Part shown: in pieces, positions 61,833 to 64,000 of the stretch
Numbering within the stretch: the first letter of the stretch is position 1
Layout: every line of letters begins with the position of its first letter
Made by a program: the position numbers and the translations under genes
The notes under the pieces: generated by a model
Seen by the model: only the letters and a program-made list of their open reading frames with translations
Told to the model about the DNA's origin: nothing
Databases searched by the model: none
Origin: an uncultured Candidatus Saccharibacteria bacterium
Lineage (GTDB): Bacteria; Patescibacteriota; Saccharimonadia; Saccharimonadales; AWTP1-31
NCBI GenBank assembly: GCA_937903325.1
Contig: CALCZR010000059.1
Location: forward strand, 232,760 to 296,759
Direction: 5' to 3'
DNA: 64,000 bases

Positions 61833-62729
61833 ATGTGGTTCCTTTTAGCATTACTTGCTTTATCGATGCTTGTTGCACGTCGTTCTACCGAAAAGCATGT
61901 AGCTGGCAGAACGGATGCTCTAGTTTTGTCGTGGCTGCAGCAAGCCATTGCTTTGCCTTTTATTTTGGTTACTCTGTTTTTCGCAAGGTTCTACTGGCCA
62001 TCTGAGTTGCCTACAAGTTTTTGGATAACCATGGCTGTGTATGTGGTGTTGATATCTATAGATATTTACTGCTACTTTAAGGCCCTTAGTATTGCAGATG
62101 TTAGCTATATCGCACCACTCATGACACTAGTGGCCATTGGTAATATTGCTGGTGCATACATTGTACTAGGACAAAAGCCAACCATATTTGGACTGGCTGG
62201 TGCATTGCTGATCGTTTGTGGTGCAGTGCTTACGTATCGCGCTAAAAAGAGGGAGGGCACACAGTTACGCGCCAATAACGTAGCATTATTGCTGGTCCTG
62301 CTCTTAGTTGTGGTGCGCAGTATAAACTCAAACATCGAAGTAAACATGCTTAGAGTTAGTAACCCTACCACCTTTAACTTCTACTCGTCTGTGCTCGCCG
62401 TTCCGGTGCTTCTGGGAACATCGCTCATGGTGATTGCAACTAATAAGTCAAAGGGCTTTCGTAACTACTGGAAAACAGTGCACTATGATGTCACGAAGCA
62501 GCAATGGTTGCTACTTTTCATTGGACTTACCTACACTGTTAATATGCTTGCCACCTATCAGGCAAAGATTCTTAGTCCAAACGCCGGATATATCGGTGCT
62601 ATCAAGAGTGCATCTGTGTTGCCGATGATGCTTGTCGGAGCTATACTCTATAAGGAAAAGATATATAAATCACAGTGGCTGGGCCTGGGCGTAATCTTGA
62701 TTGGGCTCGTGTTGCTCGCACTAAACTAG
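61833..62729 (+). CDS. EamA/DMT-family transporter
   Basis: 298 aa with about 10 TM helices in two similar halves, which is typical drug/metabolite transporter organisation. Confidence 0.7.
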   Translation: MWFLLALLALSMLVARRSTEKHVAGRTDALVLSWLQQAIALPFILVTLFFARFYWPSELPTSFWITMAVYVVLISIDIYCYFKALSIADVSYIAPLMTLVAIGNIAGAYIVLGQKPTIFGLAGALLIVCGAVLTYRAKKREGTQLRANNVALLLVLLLVVVRSINSNIEVNMLRVSNPTTFNFYSSVLAVPVLLGTSLMVIATNKSKGFRNYWKTVHYDVTKQQWLLLFIGLTYTVNMLATYQAKILSPNAGYIGAIKSASVLPMMLVGAILYKEKIYKSQWLGLGVILIGLVLLALN

Positions 62730-62793
62730 TGTACCCCCTATCGTTAGCTTGCATTATTCTGGTATGATTGGATTACTACAATTGGAGGTCCCC

Positions 62794-63345
62794 ATGGTTG
62801 ATATTGCAGAGAACATTCTCTGGGAAGAGTATCTACCACCAGAAACGCAGAGACTCTTAGGGCGCCTAGATAGAGAACGAAAAGTAGCGCGATTTCGTAG
62901 AGAAGCTATTACGGAACATGCCCTCGGTTCACTTTCTGCCAATGTTCTGTGGGTGCCTGTCACGACCTTGGGTAGAGTAGCGCGGCAGGGTCAGGGCATG
63001 GTGCAGGAATGGGTACAGGACCTAGAGGAGCAGGGTAAGGCAGAATCGCAGGTGATGAGTGGCCCAGACTATCTGGCGCAGATTAATGGTTTAAATTCTG
63101 TGCAGGCGGGCCACTTGCGGCACATGTACACGGGAACTATTCGGTATCTCGTAGACTACCATGCTCTACATCCTGAGGAAGCAGATGCTTCACGGTTCTG
63201 TACCTATGAGGAGGGCAGTGATCTTGTGGTTGCTCGATCCTTACCAGATTCTACACCGCGGGATGGCTTGCGGTCTCCAGTTACACCGACTCTATCGCCA
63301 TGGCCCATTGCTGGGCGACTGGGTGCGGTGGGTAGTCTCTACTAG
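62794..63345 (+). CDS. Hypothetical protein
   Basis: Start placed at MVDIAENI, preceded by TTGGAGGTCCCC (SD). No recognised motif. Confidence 0.5.
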   Translation: MVDIAENILWEEYLPPETQRLLGRLDRERKVARFRREAITEHALGSLSANVLWVPVTTLGRVARQGQGMVQEWVQDLEEQGKAESQVMSGPDYLAQINGLNSVQAGHLRHMYTGTIRYLVDYHALHPEEADASRFCTYEEGSDLVVARSLPDSTPRDGLRSPVTPTLSPWPIAGRLGAVGSLY

Positions 63346-63575
63346 TACTCGTAGGTTTTGGCGCCGCCCGTGAAGGCGGAGACCTGGCTGGCGGTTTTAC
63401 CTGGGAAGGCCTCCATCTTGAGCTTTTTGCCGCCACCATCTAGTTTGGCGAGATCTTCTTTGCTGGGGCCGCTACCTTTACTAAATACTCGGTAGCCTGC
63501 AAAGCCTACAGCTATGAGCACTACGATCACGAGCGGGAGGAGCACGTGGCTAATGCCACTTTGATTTTTCTTCAT
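63342..63575 (-). CDS. Small membrane-anchored protein, miniature paralog of 51489-52712
   Basis: The N-terminus QSGISHVLLPLVIVVLIAVGFAGYRVF and C-terminus KLKMEAFPGKTASQVSAFTGGAKTYEY match the two ends of the 407-aa protein (QQGIAHVFLVFLVLVVVGCIGFAGWQVF; KLKMEAFPGKTALQVSGFTTAAKTYTR). Confidence 0.55.
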   Translation of the reverse strand: MKKNQSGISHVLLPLVIVVLIAVGFAGYRVFSKGSGPSKEDLAKLDGGGKKLKMEAFPGKTASQVSAFTGGAKTYEY

Positions 63576-63581
63576 GACTTA

Positions 63582-63587
63582 ACTATA
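63582..63587 (-). promoter_or_regulatory. -10-like hexamer TATAGT, 6 nt upstream of the ATG at 63575
   Basis: Reverse complement is TATAGT, followed by TAAGTC and then ATG. Confidence 0.35.
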
Positions 63588-63636
63588 TGCCGAGGCTAGC
63601 GCAAAAACAATAATGCTTATGCTAGGGTTCTTCGTG

Positions 63637-64000
63637 CTAGTTATTAACGGAAACGTTTGTGCCAGTAGTGTTGCCGTTACTCGCGCCACCAGAGCCTGAT
63701 CCGCCAGCTGAAGTATTCTGAGACGAGTTGCTACTGCCGGTGCTCGAGCTTTGTGAATTTACATTAGTAGTTGTGACATTGGTATTGTTGGTTGTGGAAC
63801 TTGTATTGGTTGAGCTGTTAGATATAGTGTTGTTGGAGTTTGGACCGGTGTTAGAGATGCTGCCGTTGTTACTTGGGCTGCCGGGAACGGTTGGCTTTGG
63901 CCCGCTACCGCTACCGCCATTACTGACGCCGTAGTTGCTGGTTGTGCCGTTACCGTTCTGGCCGCTGCCTGACCAGCCACTGCCTCCCCAAGTATTGGCG
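63637..64000 (-). CDS. 3' end of a gene encoding a Ser/Thr/Asn/Gly-rich low-complexity C-terminus (continues beyond the window; absent from the ORF track)
   Basis: This minus-strand frame has no stop from 64000 down to TAG (63637-63639). Hand translation: ...NTWGGSGWSGSGQNGNGTTSNYGVSNGGSGSGPKPTVPGSPSNNGSISNTGPNSNNTISNSSTNTSSTTNNTNVTTTNVNSQSSSTGSSNSSQNTSAGGSGSGGASNGNTTGTNVSVNN*. Confidence 0.45.
   Translation of the reverse strand, partial: ANTWGGSGWSGSGQNGNGTTSNYGVSNGGSGSGPKPTVPGSPSNNGSISNTGPNSNNTISNSSTNTSSTTNNTNVTTTNVNSQSSSTGSSNSSQNTSAGGSGSGGASNGNTTGTNVSVNN

Noticed and set aside
61772-62005. 77-aa ORF overlapping the start of the EamA transporter gene
   Set aside because: It is in a different frame from the 298-aa 10-TM transporter ORF, which explains the region fully.
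63728-63980. Track ORFs 63728-63934 (+) and 63759-63980 (-)
   Set aside because: Both are alternative frames of the low-complexity region. The frame that stays open to the window edge and ends at TAG 63637 is the more plausible coding frame.

Overview
The window is a densely packed bacterial chromosome segment of about 70 protein-coding genes. I recognised no rRNA, tRNA, CRISPR array, integrase or transposase. The gene content is typical of a small-genome bacterium with a single (Gram-positive-type) membrane. It includes sortases, LPXTG-like sorting signals, many membrane-anchored hypothetical proteins, 4-8 nt gene overlaps and many starts that look leaderless. A CPR/Saccharibacteria-like origin is only a guess.

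Positions 1-35 kb carry housekeeping and envelope genes:
- HhH-GPD glycosylases (AlkA-like and MutY-like)
- a cupin-RCC1-MFS operon
- an envelope cluster in which O-antigen-ligase-like polytopic proteins are fused or translationally coupled to pedestal-less PBP transpeptidase domains, alongside an Lnt-like acyltransferase
- an ispH homolog interrupted by a single in-frame TGA, convergent with a type-2 IPP isomerase
- MscS, TsaC, MazG-like, a MurC/Mpl-type ligase, an ABC-2 exporter and Dus

Positions 36-61.6 kb form a surface-protein island:
- six paralogs of CSLREA-motif beta-helix proteins, of which one is frameshifted and one is 3'-truncated
- one separate deletion remnant of a surface-protein gene
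- two sortase paralogs
- one 2,536-aa protein whose adhesin-like ectodomain (GLUG-like repeats, FN3, NHL-like) ends in a histidine-kinase core

A conserved module of one transmembrane (TM) helix plus a roughly 55-aa tail occurs in only three places. It sits at the C-termini of two LAxTG proteins, each lying just downstream of a kinase gene, and at the N-terminus of the giant kinase. All functional calls come from motif reading of the translations; no database search was run.
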